Origin: Pirellulales bacterium
GTDB taxonomy: Bacteria > Planctomycetota > Planctomycetia > Pirellulales > DATAWG01
Direction: 5' to 3'
Length of the DNA stretch: 64,000 nucleotides
Assembly: GCA_963738955.1 (NCBI GenBank)
Contig: CAVTYW010000019.1
Location: forward strand, 189,207 to 253,206
Below the pieces are notes generated by a model. It worked only from the letters and a program-made list of their open reading frames with translations. It was not told the origin of the DNA and did no database searches. The translations under genes and the position numbers were made by a program. Shown here piece by piece: positions 21,630 through 33,185 of this stretch (position 1 is its first letter; each line of letters opens with the position of its first letter).

Positions 21630-22847
21630 TTATTTGATTCCCGGGCTGCGCTCGATCGCCCCGCGGACGCCGAGTAGTTCCGGATGCCGGGCGATTTTGT
21701 CAGTGAAATCGCGCACATCGCCCAGAATCGGCGCCAAGCGGTGCGTCAGGTCGTTGATATTGGCCGCGGCTTCGTTCAGTTGCTGGTACAACTCCGGGTT
21801 GTTAATCAACTGCCCAAGCGTTCCTTGCGAGGTATTGACCGCCTTGCTGAATTGCGCCATTTGGCCGAGCAACTCATCGAGCTCGCGAATGCTCTGGTGA
21901 GCGTGGCGGACCATTTCATCCCCTTGTTCGCTCAACGGACGAGTCACGCCTTCGAGGTTCTTCAAGTTTTCGTCGGCCAAGGCCGTTGTCTTTTGAATCG
22001 CCTGAAAGGATTGCTGCATTTGGTGCAGCGTTTCGGGCAGGTCGTTGAGGCTCTTTTTCATGTTGGATTGCATCTGCGGATCGCCGACAATCTTGTCGAC
22101 GTCGTCCAAGGTCTTCTTCATCGCATCCATCGACGCATCGGTCTTGTTGACCAATCGCCTTAAACGTTCCGAATCGCCATCGCCGATCATGCCGTTGATA
22201 TTGTGGGCCAGATCGCGAACCTCGTCGCCCGCCGCCGACAGCGATTTGCTGACCGTGGCCATGTCGGCCTCAAGCTTGCCGATTTCCTGCATCGGATTCG
22301 GCCCCACAGTGCCTTGGATCGTTTCGCCCGGCTGAATCGGCGTCGCGGGGAGCGGCGGGGGAGGCAGAACCGGCGGCGCCACGGGAGCCGGTTGCGGGCC
22401 GACCTGAAAATGCACCGGAACGATCAGCAGCGACGGTTGGCCCGACGTCTTCGGCTGAACCGGAGCTTCGGTGTGGATGACCGGCGCGGGCTTTAGCGGT
22501 TTTTGCGGAATCGTCACCACGTCGAGTTCCGCGTCGCCCAGCAATCCCGACGTGAGTTGCAACGTCTGGTTATGCAAAATTTGGTACTTGGACTCGATTT
22601 CCGCCGTGACATGCACCGGCTGGCCCGGCTTGTCGGTCTGGAGCGTGACCGATGAGACTCGGCCGATCAACACGCCGCTGCTTTTGATCGGAGTGCCGGG
22701 CGCGACGCCTGGCGCGTTGGCGAAATCGATATAGATCGTATAGCTCTTCGCCTCGAAATGGCTAAATCTCAGCGTCATGACCGCGGCGATCAACGATACC
22801 GCCAGCACCACGACGCCGACGCGAAACTGCATGATCCGATCGTCCAT
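21630..22847 (-). CDS. mlaD: MCE/MlaD family protein
   Basis: QFRVGVVV TM, FANAPGVAPGTPIKSSGVLIGRV, GTLGQLINNPELY; downstream of mlaEF. Confidence 0.9.
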   Translation of the reverse strand: MDDRIMQFRVGVVVLAVSLIAAVMTLRFSHFEAKSYTIYIDFANAPGVAPGTPIKSSGVLIGRVSSVTLQTDKPGQPVHVTAEIESKYQILHNQTLQLTSGLLGDAELDVVTIPQKPLKPAPVIHTEAPVQPKTSGQPSLLIVPVHFQVGPQPAPVAPPVLPPPPLPATPIQPGETIQGTVGPNPMQEIGKLEADMATVSKSLSAAGDEVRDLAHNINGMIGDGDSERLRRLVNKTDASMDAMKKTLDDVDKIVGDPQMQSNMKKSLNDLPETLHQMQQSFQAIQKTTALADENLKNLEGVTRPLSEQGDEMVRHAHQSIRELDELLGQMAQFSKAVNTSQGTLGQLINNPELYQQLNEAAANINDLTHRLAPILGDVRDFTDKIARHPELLGVRGAIERSPGIK

Positions 22848-22886
22848 CGTCGCACCCGTTTCAATTTTAGTTGTTTCGCATTCGCA

Positions 22887-23735
22887 TTAGGTCCGCCCAC
22901 TTACGGCAGCCGATCGTTCGCCCAATTCCATCAGCCGTTCGCCCGCTTCGCCGCGGACGAACTGTCGCACCCGCGGATCGGAGGTTCGCTCGATCTCGGC
23001 AGGTCGGCCGTCGAAAATGATCTGCGATTCGCCCTCTTTCAATCGCGATAGGGGATACACCATGATCACGCGATCGGCCACCTTCGCCGCGGTGTGCATG
23101 TCGTGCGTCACCACGATGCTGGTCACCGGCGTGCGCTTGCGAGTGCGCAGGATCAGTTCGTTAATGACGTCGCTCATGATCGGGTCGAGCCCGGTGGTCG
23201 GTTCGTCGTAGAGCATCACCTCGGGCGAAAGCACCAAGGCCCGAGCCAGGCCCACGCGTTTCCGCATGCCGCCCGATAGCTCGACCGGCTTCTTGTCCAA
23301 GATGCTTCTCCGGCAAGCCCACTTCGGCCAGCCGATCCAGGACGATTTGGCGGATTTTCGCGTCGTCGTGATCGGTATGCTGGCGCAGCGGAAAGGCCAC
23401 GTTTTGAGCCACCGTCATGCTGTCGAACAAAGCCGCGCCTTGAAACACGAAACCGAAACGAATTCGCTGGCGAGCGAGCTCTCGTTCGGTGAGACTGGCC
23501 AGATTCTGCCCGTCGAACAGCACTTCGCCCTGCGTGGGTCGCACCAGCCCGATCAAGCTCTTTAGCAACACCGTCTTGCCGCAGCCGCTTTCGCCGATGA
23601 TCACGAGCGTCTGACCGCGCGGAATCGTCAGATTGATGTCGCGCAGCACCGGCTGGCGCCCGAATCGAACACTCAGATGGCGCATTCGACCAGCGGCTGG
23701 CCGTCGTTCGCAGGCTTTGGTGCGGCGGGAGACAT
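22887..23735 (-). CDS. mlaF: Mla-type ABC transporter ATP-binding subunit, frameshifted
   Basis: [46 protein letters not shown]. Confidence 0.92.
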
Positions 23736-23758
23736 GGTTCGTGAACTTTGTTCGTCGG

Positions 23759-24634
23759 TTACAGCAGATTGACCGGTTGCGGCCAGATCATGTTGTAGAC
23801 CGAGTCCAAGAAGATTCCCAGGAACAGGTCGAGGATCAGAATAACGCACGAACGAATAGACAAACGCATTGGTCGCGGCCCGGCCGACGCCTTCCGCGCC
23901 CGGATCGCAATGAAAGCCGCGATGGCAGCTAATCACGGCGATGGCGGCGCCGAAAAACAGGCTTTTGAACACGCCCGAGAACAAATCGAAATCGCCGACG
24001 AATTTCTCGCGAGTTCTCCCAGTAATGGTGCGAGTCGATGTGCAGAAACTGCACGCTGTAAAAGAACCCTCCGACGACGCCCATGAAGTCGGCCATGATC
24101 GTCAGCGTCGGAATCAGCAGCAGGCAAGCCAGGAATCGCGGCACGACCAGATAATGGATCGGATTGGCCCCCATGCTGCACAGGGCGTCGATCTGCTCGG
24201 TGACGCGCATCGTGCCCAACTCGGCGGCCATGGCGCTGCCGACGCGGCCGGCCAGCATCGTGGCGGCCAGCACCGGGCCCAAGCTCGCGCACCAGCGACA
24301 TATTGATGATCGCGCCAAGCCGCGTTTCCAAATGCAACATGCGGAACTGATCGTAACTTTGCACGGCCAGCACCATGCCGATGAACGTGCCCGTAAGCGC
24401 CACGACCGGCAGGCTGAGCACGCCGATCTGATAGAAATTCGGCAACAGCGTTTCGCGCCGCGGCAGCCGGGTAAACATCCAGACCAACGTGCGGAACGAG
24501 AAGATGGCGATGTCGCCCAACGTCGCCAACCAATTGATGATCAACTCGCCCAAATCGGCGACCCAACTGGCAATGCCCAGCGCGATCGCTACGACCATTC
24601 CAGGTTTTCGGCTTGGCGAACTGGCGGAGGACAT
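23759..24634 (-). CDS. mlaE: Mla-type ABC transporter permease, frameshifted
   Basis: [41 protein letters not shown]. Confidence 0.92.
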
Positions 24635-24859
24635 GGCGGCGATGCTTTTACGAAGACAGGCGAAATCACGCAAGACGCGAGAACGCACGGAAGGGACGGT
24701 GCACCGCTAGCAGTGCGCGCGGCGGTTCGGCGGCGATATGAAACCTACTGTCGCCGCTCTATTGTCGGAATGTTAAACAGCAGGGCTTGAGAAAGCTTTG
24801 CCGGTTGTAGTGAATTTAATGGCGTGCAATGTGCGCACGGAGAAAACCCGTCGCGCGCG

Positions 24860-24925
24860 AAAAAACCCAGGGAAGGCCGCCGACCGACTTTGCTCTCGCA
24901 AGGCGTCTTGCCGGCCTTCCCTGGG
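24860..24925 (-). terminator. Hairpin downstream of clpC, probable intrinsic terminator
   Basis: CCCAGGGAAGGCCG...CGGCCTTCCCTGGG arms followed by a T6 run on the minus strand; loop is long. Confidence 0.5.
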
Positions 24926-24944
24926 CTTGTGGTAAATCACGCCA

Positions 24945-27522
24945 TCACGTCGTTGACGCGGTTTCGCCCGTGCTATCGTCGGCTCCCGTTCCCGCGCCGA
25001 CCGTCGCTGCTTCGGCCGGTTCGCCGACGCTGCCGACGAAGTAAAGCTGCTTCTTGCCGCCGACTTCTTTCGTGTCGACCGTGATCATGTTCTTGCCTTG
25101 GAATTCGCCCTTGAGCAATTCCTCGGAGAGCGGATCTTCGACGAACGTTCTCGATCTCGCGACGCAGCGGCCGGGCGCCGAAATCGAGGTCCGAACCCTT
25201 CTGGATCAGGAATTCTTCGCCGCATCGGTCAGCATCAGCTTCAGGCCGCGCTCGCCCAGTCGCATCGCGAACCTTCGACAGCTCGATGTCGATCACGTTC
25301 TTCAGATCGTCCATCGTCAAATGATGGAACACGATCACGTCGTCCACGCGGTTCAGGAACTCGGGACGGAACACCTTTTCGATCCGCTCCGTGACGCGCT
25401 GCTTCATGCTGTCGTACGAGGCGTCGTCGTCCGGCTTTTGGAAGCCGAAGGCGGATTCGTTCTTGATTGCCTCGGCGCCGGCGTTGGTGGTCATAATCAA
25501 AATCGTGTTGCGGAAATCGACGTTGCGGCCGAAGCTGTCGGTCAGCCGGCCTTCTTCCATCACTTGCAGGAGCATGTTGAACACGTCGGGATGGGCCTTC
25601 TCGATTTCGTCCAGCAGCACGACCGCGTACGGCCGGCGGCGGATTTTCTCGGTCAGCTGCCCACCCTCTTCGAAGCCGACGTAGCCCGGCGGAGCGCCGA
25701 TCAACCGGCTGACGTTGTGCTTCTCCATGTATTCGCTCATGTCGATCTGAATCAGCGCATCCTCGTCGCCGAACATGAACTCGGCCAGCGCCTTGGCCAG
25801 CAACGTCTTGCCGACGCCGGTCGGCCCGGCGAAGATGAAGCAACCGGTCGGCCGCTTCGGATCTTTCAACCCGCTGCGGCTGCGGCGGACGGCTTTGGAG
25901 ACGAACTTGATCGCTTCGTCCTGGCTGACGACTCGCTTGTGCAGCTCGTCTTCCATCTTCATCAGCCGCATGCTGTCTTCGGTGCTCATGCGCGTGAGCG
26001 GAATGCCGGTCATCTTGGAGACGACTTCGGCGATCACTTCTTCGTCGACCACGCCGTCGGCCTCGCGCGAGCGTTCGCGCCAGTCGCGGGTGATCGTTTG
26101 CTTCTTCTTCTTGAGTTTGTCGGCCTGGATCGCGCAGCGACGCGGCCTTTTCGAAATCTTGATTGGCGACCGCCTCTTCCTTTTCCTTGTTGAGCCGCTC
26201 GACTTCGTCGTCGATCTCCTTCAAATCCGGCGGCTTGGTCATCGCCTTCAGCCGCACGCGGGCGCCCGACTTCGTCGATCACGTCGATCGCCTTATCCGG
26301 CAGGCAGCGGCCGGTGATGTAGCGGCTCGACAGTTCGACGGCGGCTTCCAGCGCGTCGTCGGTGATTTGCACGCGATGGTGCGATTCGTACCGATCGCGC
26401 AAGCCCTTGAGGATTTCGATCGTTTCCGACTTCGTCGACGGTTCGACGATGATCAACTGGAACCGCCGGTCGAGCGCGCTGTCCTTCTCGATGTACTTGC
26501 GATATTCATCGAGCGTCGTCGCGCCGATGCACTGGATTTCGCCGCGGGCCAGGGCCGGCTTGAGCACGTTCGAGGCGTCGATGGCCCCTTCCGCGCCGCC
26601 GGCGCCGACCAGTGTGTGCAATTCGTCGATGAACAGGATCGTGTTCTTCGCCCGGCGGACTTCGTTCATCACCGCCTTGATTCGTTCTTCGAACTGACCG
26701 CGATACTTCGTGCCGGCCACCATCATCGCCAGGTCGAGCACGACGATCCGCCGGTCGGCCAAAAGCTCGGGCACGTTGCCGTCGACGACCCGCTGAGCAA
26801 AGCCTTCGACGATGGCCGTCTTGCCGACGCCCGCTTCGCCGAGCAGCACCGGATTGTTCTTCGTGCGGCGGCAGAGAATTTGGATTGCCCGTTCGATTTC
26901 CTTCTCGCGGCCGATGACCGGATCGAGCTTGCCTTGGCGAGCCAGCTCGGTCAGATCGCGGCCGAAGCTGTCGAGGGCAGGTGTTTTCGATTTGCCTGCT
27001 TGCGCCGGTGCCACTGCCGCCGCTTCCGTCCGCTCCGCCGCCTCGCTCGACGCCGCCCCGTTCGCCCCCTTCGCCTCCTTCCATGCCGTGGCCCAGCAGG
27101 CTGAGCACTTCCTCGCGGACGTCTTCCAGCTTCAGGCCGAGGTTCATCAACACCTGCGCGGCGACGCCTTCTTGCTCGCGCAACAGGCCGAGCAGAATGT
27201 GCTCGGTGCCGACGTAGTTGTGGTTCAGATTGCGGGCCTCTTCCATCGAATACTCGATGACCTTCTTGGCCCGCGGCGTTTGCGGCAGCTTGCCCATCGT
27301 GACCATGTCGGGCCCGCTTTGGACGAGCTTCTCGACTTCGAGGCGAATCTTGCGCAGATCGATGTCGAGGTTCTTGAGCACATTGGCGGCGACGCCGCTG
27401 CCTTCCTTGATGAGCCCGAGCAGCACGTGCTCGGTGCCGATGTATTCGTGGTTGAAGCGCTGGGCCTCTTGGTTGGCCAGTTGCATCACTTTCCTGGCCC
27501 GATCCGTAAATCGTTCGTACAT
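24945..27522 (-). CDS. clpC: Clp protease ATP-binding subunit ClpC, frameshifted in assembly
   Basis: [13 protein letters not shown]-domain, NBD1 [28 protein letters not shown]2 [24 protein letters not shown]. Confidence 0.96.
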
Positions 27523-27751
27523 GCTTCAATTCTCCCGAAAGGCTTTCCAGCGCTGATTGCTCTGGCAGTTGTGGCAGTTCGATGGGCTTTGCTGTGCTTA
27601 GTTTGGCAGTTTGGTTGAAGGAGGCAAGTCTAGTGCAATTGGTGTTCCACGTCGGTGGCGAGGCATTGCCAGACTATTCAAACGACACAACCCGACCCTC
27701 TTCATTGTTAACTTTGTTGGCCTACTACGCCAGTGGATTATTGCGAACCGG

Positions 27752-28414
27752 TCAAGCGGCTTTCGACACGGTCGGAGCCGGAACCTGGCGTTCCGATTGC
27801 CCAACGTCGGCAGCGACCGCCGCGACACTGCCGGTTTCAACACTGCCCGTCTCGCCGCCGCTTTCGTTTTTGTTCCGCTCCGCGGTTCGCGTGCTGCCCA
27901 TTTCGGCTAACCGGGACCGCAGCCGAGCGATCTCCATTCGCCAGTGCTCGCTGCCATCCATCCGCTTCAGCCGGTCCAATTCGCCGGCCGCTTCTTTCCG
28001 CCGAGCCGTGCGTGCCAATAGCGCCGCTCGCATCAACCGGGCTTCAATGTCCAGTACGTTTCGATCCAACAGCCGGCCGAGGGCCGTCTCCGCTTCGAAC
28101 CAGTTTCCCTTGAGATATTCCTCGCGGGCGTGCAGGAACAATTCGTTGTCGGCCGGCCGAAACCGTCCGATTTGCAAACCGCCGACCCACCGCCACGAAG
28201 CGGCTGCCGAAACGGTCCAAATCGCCGCCAGCATCAGCCAAATCGCCGTCCGCGTGGCCGGGCTAAACAGCTCCGTCCACATCCGGCTGGCTAACAACCC
28301 TAGGTCCAAAAGAGCCGCAAAGCCGAGGGCAATCGCCAGCCCCGACCATGCCCCGGCAAACCACAATTGGGGCCAACCGGGCCACAGCAACGTGAGCCAC
28401 CGCAGTTGGCGCAT
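27752..28414 (-). CDS. Membrane protein with TPR-like C-terminal region
   Basis: LWPGWPQLW, TM helices, AREEYLKGNWFEAETAL; upstream of and co-oriented with clpC. Confidence 0.7.
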   Translation of the reverse strand: MRQLRWLTLLWPGWPQLWFAGAWSGLAIALGFAALLDLGLLASRMWTELFSPATRTAIWLMLAAIWTVSAAASWRWVGGLQIGRFRPADNELFLHAREEYLKGNWFEAETALGRLLDRNVLDIEARLMRAALLARTARRKEAAGELDRLKRMDGSEHWRMEIARLRSRLAEMGSTRTAERNKNESGGETGSVETGSVAAVAADVGQSERQVPAPTVSKAA

Positions 28415-28664
28415 GAGTGAAACCTCCATGTCAAACCGAAGCCCACGAATCGGGCTGCCTCCAGGCTCGGGAATTTTAACCCCCGACTCGGGATCGTACA
28501 AGGCAAGTTAAAGACAGCTTTGGAGTTAGGACAGCCGCGTGAACGATACTGCCCTGACCCCAAGCAGCACTGGGGCGCGGCTCATGGCAAACTCGGTATC
28601 TTTGTTCCTTGAAACGTGGCAAATTGGATGGCTGTGACATCTCCCGCGAAAGAGGACGCGATCG

Positions 28665-29832
28665 ATGTACGAACGATTCACCGACCGAGCCAGGAAAGTG
28701 ATGCAATTCGCCAACCTAGAGGCCCGGCGGTTGAACCACGAATACATCGGCACCGAGCATTTGCTGTTGGGGCTCATCAAGGAAGAAACCGGCGTCGCGG
28801 CCAACGTCCTTAAGTACCTCGATATTGATCCGCGCAAGATTCAGCTTGAAGTCGAAAAGCTCGTCCGAAGCGGACCCTACACGGTCACGGTGGGCAAGCT
28901 GCCGCAAACTCCCCGCGCAGAAAGTCATCGAATATTCGTTGGAAGAAGCTCGCAGCTTGAATCACCACTACATCGGCACCGAGCATATTCTCCTTGGCCT
29001 GTTGCGCGAGAAAGAAGGCCTCGCCGCGCACGTGTTGATGAATCTCGGACTAAATCTCGAAGATGCCCGCGCTGAGGTCTTGGTAGTTTTGGGTCGGGAC
29101 ATTTCAGCGTTGAATCGTGTGACACCAGATCCGCCACGAAGCCCAAGAACGCACAACCCGAAGAACATCGAAGCGGAGATTGATCGCCTGCAAAGGAAAA
29201 AAGAAGAGGCGATTGCCAGCATGGACTTTGAGAAGGCGGCCTCGCTGCGAGATCAGATCGATGGTCTCAAAAGCGACTTGAGACGTACCCTTCGTGCAAG
29301 AATCCGTAGGCTCAAGCTGCGGCTAAAATCGCTATTGGGCCGTTCGCATGATTCCGCGAAGCCGGCAGCGAGCATTGAACCTAAATCAGACATCGCGTAC
29401 TCGCGATTTACGGATCGGGCATTGGCGGTAATGCAATTGGCGAAACAGGAGGCGCGGCGATTCAACCATGAATACATCGGCACCGAACATGTGTTGCTTG
29501 GGCTAGCCATTGAAGGGCACGGCGTTGGGGCCAATGTGCTTCGGAACCTCGACATCCGTGTGCGCAGAATCCGGCTTGAAATGGAAAAACTCATCCAACG
29601 CGGGCCTGACGCGGTCTCCATCGGAACTCCGCCGCAAACTCCCCGAGTCAAGAATGTGATTGAATACGCGATGGAAGAAGCCCGAAGTCTAAACCACAAT
29701 TACGTCGGCACCGAGCATATTCTCCTCGGGCTGTTGCGTGAGCAAGAAAGCGTCGCGGCGCAAGTGTTGATGAGTTTTGGATTGAAACTGGATGAGGTCC
29801 GTAATGAGACACTCAAACTACTTGGGCCCTGA
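28665..29832 (+). CDS. ATPase-less Clp N-terminal-domain protein (ClpN-UVR-ClpN), frameshift near 28918
   Basis: Two ClpC-like N-domains (four YxGTEH motifs) flanking [20 protein letters not shown]; no Walker motifs; stop at 29832 then hairpin. Confidence 0.88.
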
Positions 29833-29871
29833 CTCAGCGCGTCGTATTCAGCCTCGATCGGCATAGCGCAT

Positions 29872-29918
29872 AAAAAAGCGGGAACGCGTTCCCAAGAAAC
29901 GCGTCCCCGCTGGTTTTT
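29872..29918. terminator. Probable bidirectional intrinsic terminator
   Basis: AAAAAAGCGGGAACGCGTT-loop-AACGCGTCCCCGCTGGTTTTT between convergent genes. Confidence 0.7.
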
Positions 29919-29981
29919 ACTTGCAGCCCGATTTGCTTGCGTTCGCGCGGCCGGCGATTGCCGGCGAGCGAAACAGCCAAT

Positions 29982-30425
29982 TTACTTCGCCAACTTATAG
30001 CCCTTCGAAACATCGGTAAACACCGCGTTGATCTGTGCGTCGCCTGCCAATGCGGCGGCTTTCTTCTTGCAATTCGCACAGCAGAAGGCAACCTTCACGC
30101 CGCCGACGTCAACCGTTTGCTCGGCGTTGATCGGCTTGCCGGTGAATGGGCAGGCGGTTTGCTTCAATTGGCCGGTGACGACCATCTGGAGATGCGCCTT
30201 GGCTGCGTATTTCGTGCTGTCTTTCGCAAATTCCTTGGGGCAATTGTCGCAGCAGAAGTAGACCTTGCCGCCGTCGAAATCGACCGCGTGATCCTTATCG
30301 GCCGCCTTGCCGGATACCGGGCACTTGCCGGCGGTGTCGGCCTTTTCGTCGGCGGCCCAACCGTGAACGGCCCACAATGCCATCAACGCCACGACGATTC
30401 CAAATACTCGCGTCTTCATGCTCAA
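29982..30425 (-). CDS. Exported protein with two YHS/TRASH-like metal-binding repeats
   Basis: Signal peptide; CPVSGK...VYFCCDNC and CPFTGK...VAFCCANC. Confidence 0.85.
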   Translation of the reverse strand: MSMKTRVFGIVVALMALWAVHGWAADEKADTAGKCPVSGKAADKDHAVDFDGGKVYFCCDNCPKEFAKDSTKYAAKAHLQMVVTGQLKQTACPFTGKPINAEQTVDVGGVKVAFCCANCKKKAAALAGDAQINAVFTDVSKGYKLAK

Positions 30426-30687
30426 CTCCTTGGGGATGAAACCATTGGCAGATCAGACACGTGCCGGAACTCCCGCGTAACCCGGCTTTCTGTCGCGATC
30501 ATTATAGCCGTTAAAATCCCCCACGCTAGCCAGATTGACAGGGAAAAATTTGGCCCAATCCGGCTGCCGAGCCCGACGAATCCAGGGTGCTAAACTTGCC
30601 GAGGCCGCTGCCATTCGGCCGGAATTCCGTTCCTCTGGAGCCCTGCCCGTGCCGCTTTGCGAATCGCTCGATTGCCTGACCGGTCCA

Positions 30688-31185
30688 GTGATTTTCGACG
30701 CCGCGGCCGGTCTCCTCCGACGGCGGCGCTACGGCGTGATCGAAGCCATCGACGGCCGATTGGTCGCCGTGCGATTTCGGCCCTGGCCAAAATGGGTGTC
30801 GCTGCCGGAAGCGATGTTCCTGGGCAACTGGCATCACCAGTATCGACGGGCCGACCGCTGTCGATTGTATTTCAATCAACCCCGGCGGTTCTCCAATTTT
30901 CTGGCCGTGCCATACATCCTTTGCGGCCGAGGAACCCGATTATCGACCATCCATGCCGCACTGGCCGCACTCGACGAAATCGCCCGCATTAAGCAGACCG
31001 ACGCCCTGCTGGCCGACGTGCTGAACTTCCGCATCTCGCCGCGACTGCTAGCGAAACACGGCTGGGCGCCCCACAAACCGACCCGCTGGCATCGGCACTA
31101 CATCAAACGATTTTACGGCGAATATCCGCCCGCGCGGGTGAGCCAGACTCGGGAAACCGCAAGCGAGCTTCTCCACGCCGTTTGA
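30688..31185 (+). CDS. Hypothetical protein, start uncertain
   Basis: Protein-like C-terminal part of ORF 30535-31185 (YGVIEA, RCRLYFNQP, RHYIKRFYG). Confidence 0.65.
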   Translation: MIFDAAAGLLRRRRYGVIEAIDGRLVAVRFRPWPKWVSLPEAMFLGNWHHQYRRADRCRLYFNQPRRFSNFLAVPYILCGRGTRLSTIHAALAALDEIARIKQTDALLADVLNFRISPRLLAKHGWAPHKPTRWHRHYIKRFYGEYPPARVSQTRETASELLHAV

Positions 31186-31217
31186 TAGCGAACTACGGTT
31201 GCGCTTTCGCGCATTTC

Positions 31218-31266
31218 TGACCTCCGACGTCTGACCCCCGACCCCCGACCTTCGACCTCCGACCCC
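31218..31266. repeat. Degenerate heptamer array (GACCTCC/GACCCCC)
   Basis: ctgacctccgacgtctgacccccgacccccgaccttcgacctccgacccc. Confidence 0.75.
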
Positions 31267-31360
31267 TATTCCCGTATTCCTTGGTTCCCGCTACACTCCG
31301 CCCCGCTTTTGCGCCGCGTTCCTTTCCGCGGCTTTTCCGCCAGAAACTGGGGTGTTTGCC

Positions 31361-32932
31361 ATGCCATCGGAAACGCGGCGGCTTTCGGTCGCCATGATCG
31401 CGCGAGACGCCGAACCAACGATCGCGGCTTCGCTGGACAGCGTGCGCACGATCGCCGACGAAATCATCGTGGCCGACACCGGTTCGCTGGACCGCACCCG
31501 GCAGATCGCGCTCGGCCGGGCAACTAACGTCATCGACGTTCCCTGGACCGACGACTTCTCCGCGGCCCGCAACGCTTGCCTGGCCAAATGCACCGGCGAT
31601 TGGGTGTTGTGGATCGATGCCGGCGAACGGATCACCGCCGAAACTGCCACGGAAATCCGCCGATTCATCGACGAAGCCGCCGATCCGGCGAAAGTCTATC
31701 TAGTGCTCGTGCAACTTCCGCCCTCCGGCGAACATGGCATGAGCGAACAAGTCGGCCGCATCCGCTTGATGCCAAACTTGCCGACGATCCGCTTCAGCGG
31801 CCGCGTGCGCGAAAGTGTCCATCCGGCGTTGGCCGCCACTGCGATGACAGGCGCTGCAATGAAAGTTGAAGTGAAGGCGTGGCAAATCCTGCGCGGCGCC
31901 GAAGACCAGGACCCGGCGGTCAAAGCTCGCAAAGCCCGCCGCGATTGGAAACTCGCCGAACTCGAATTGCGCGATCGCGGCGAGATCGCGATTCCGCTGG
32001 TGGCGATGGGCGAAGCACTGGCAAACTTGGGCGACTCGCGGCAAGCTGCCGACTGCTTTCGCCGTGCCCTGGCAATCGCTCGATCGGGCTCGACCGAAAT
32101 GCTCGAAGCCTTTTATGGGCTGCTGACCACCTACGACGGCGCTCCGGAATCGCACAACCAGCAAGTGAAAATCTGCGTGCAAGCTTTGGAGGTGTATCCG
32201 TTCGACGCCCAATTGCTCTGCGCCATCGGCAGCTACATGCAGCGGGCCGGGCGATTGGACCTGGCGAGCCGTTCGTACCGGACCGCGGTGCGGCACGGTC
32301 AGCTCAATCTCGAAACATGGCATGTCGCGGCGATTCGCGACGTGGCCACGCTCTGCTTGAGCCTGTCGCTGGAATTGCTCGGCGAAGACGACGAGGCCCG
32401 CGAAGTCGTCGAGCAATCGCTCGCCGGCCAGCCCGACCCGGTTCGGCTCCGCCGCCGATTGATCGACTTGTACGTGAAACACGACCGCCGCAAAGAGGCG
32501 CTCGAGCAAGTGTCGCTGCTGCCGCCGGAGACGCCGCATCGCGATGCATTGCGCAGCGCCGTCCGCGGGGCGTGTCTGGCGGGGCAGAAGAATTGGGTGG
32601 CGGCTCGGGCGTATTTGCAAACCGCCTACGACTCGGGCTGCCGCGACGTGCTGTGCCTCCGTTGGCTCTCCGTGGCCCTGGCATCGAGCGGCGATTTGGC
32701 CGCCGCCGAACCGATTCTGCTCCAGTGGCAAGCCACCGCGCCGGGCATCGCCGAACCGAGGCGCTATCTGGACATGATCGCCGCCGGGAAAAATTCCGCC
32801 GGCGAATCGGATGCCTCGACAATCGGTCAGCCTGCGGAAGCCGCCGCCCGCCGGCTGCGCATTGATCCGCCGGTTGGAATCGGATCGTTGAATCCTCTTC
32901 CCATGAGTGTCGAGCGGCACCACGCGACGTAA
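31361..32932 (+). CDS. GT2 glycosyltransferase with TPR repeats
   Basis: LSVAMIARD, DEIIVADTGSLDRT, WTDDFSAARN, WVLWIDAGE, then helical repeats. Confidence 0.9.
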   Translation: MPSETRRLSVAMIARDAEPTIAASLDSVRTIADEIIVADTGSLDRTRQIALGRATNVIDVPWTDDFSAARNACLAKCTGDWVLWIDAGERITAETATEIRRFIDEAADPAKVYLVLVQLPPSGEHGMSEQVGRIRLMPNLPTIRFSGRVRESVHPALAATAMTGAAMKVEVKAWQILRGAEDQDPAVKARKARRDWKLAELELRDRGEIAIPLVAMGEALANLGDSRQAADCFRRALAIARSGSTEMLEAFYGLLTTYDGAPESHNQQVKICVQALEVYPFDAQLLCAIGSYMQRAGRLDLASRSYRTAVRHGQLNLETWHVAAIRDVATLCLSLSLELLGEDDEAREVVEQSLAGQPDPVRLRRRLIDLYVKHDRRKEALEQVSLLPPETPHRDALRSAVRGACLAGQKNWVAARAYLQTAYDSGCRDVLCLRWLSVALASSGDLAAAEPILLQWQATAPGIAEPRRYLDMIAAGKNSAGESDASTIGQPAEAAARRLRIDPPVGIGSLNPLPMSVERHHAT

Positions 32933-33185
32933 TCGCATTGCTCTCGCCTAATCTCTGCGTCGGCCAGTCCACCGTTTTTCGCGCGCACACTGGCCGACTT
33001 CGCTGGCCCGTGGCACATTCGATCCACTCCGGCTGCGGCCGCGCACCCAAACGGTTGGCCCGATAGGGGTTGACGACTTGGGGTCGGTCGTGAAAATTGT
33101 CTGGCATGGGTTGCCGTGGCGGTCCGTGCCGAAGACGCCGGCGGCGAAGCGTTTTCATCATCGCCCGTTTTCGAGGAATTGTTCC

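Noticed and set aside
27582-28511. 309-aa plus-strand ORF and many similar long overlapping ORFs (for example 3283-4323, 38982-39986, 43490-44734, 53966-55258)
   Set aside because: Antisense or alternate-frame shadows of recognisable genes, expected at high GC
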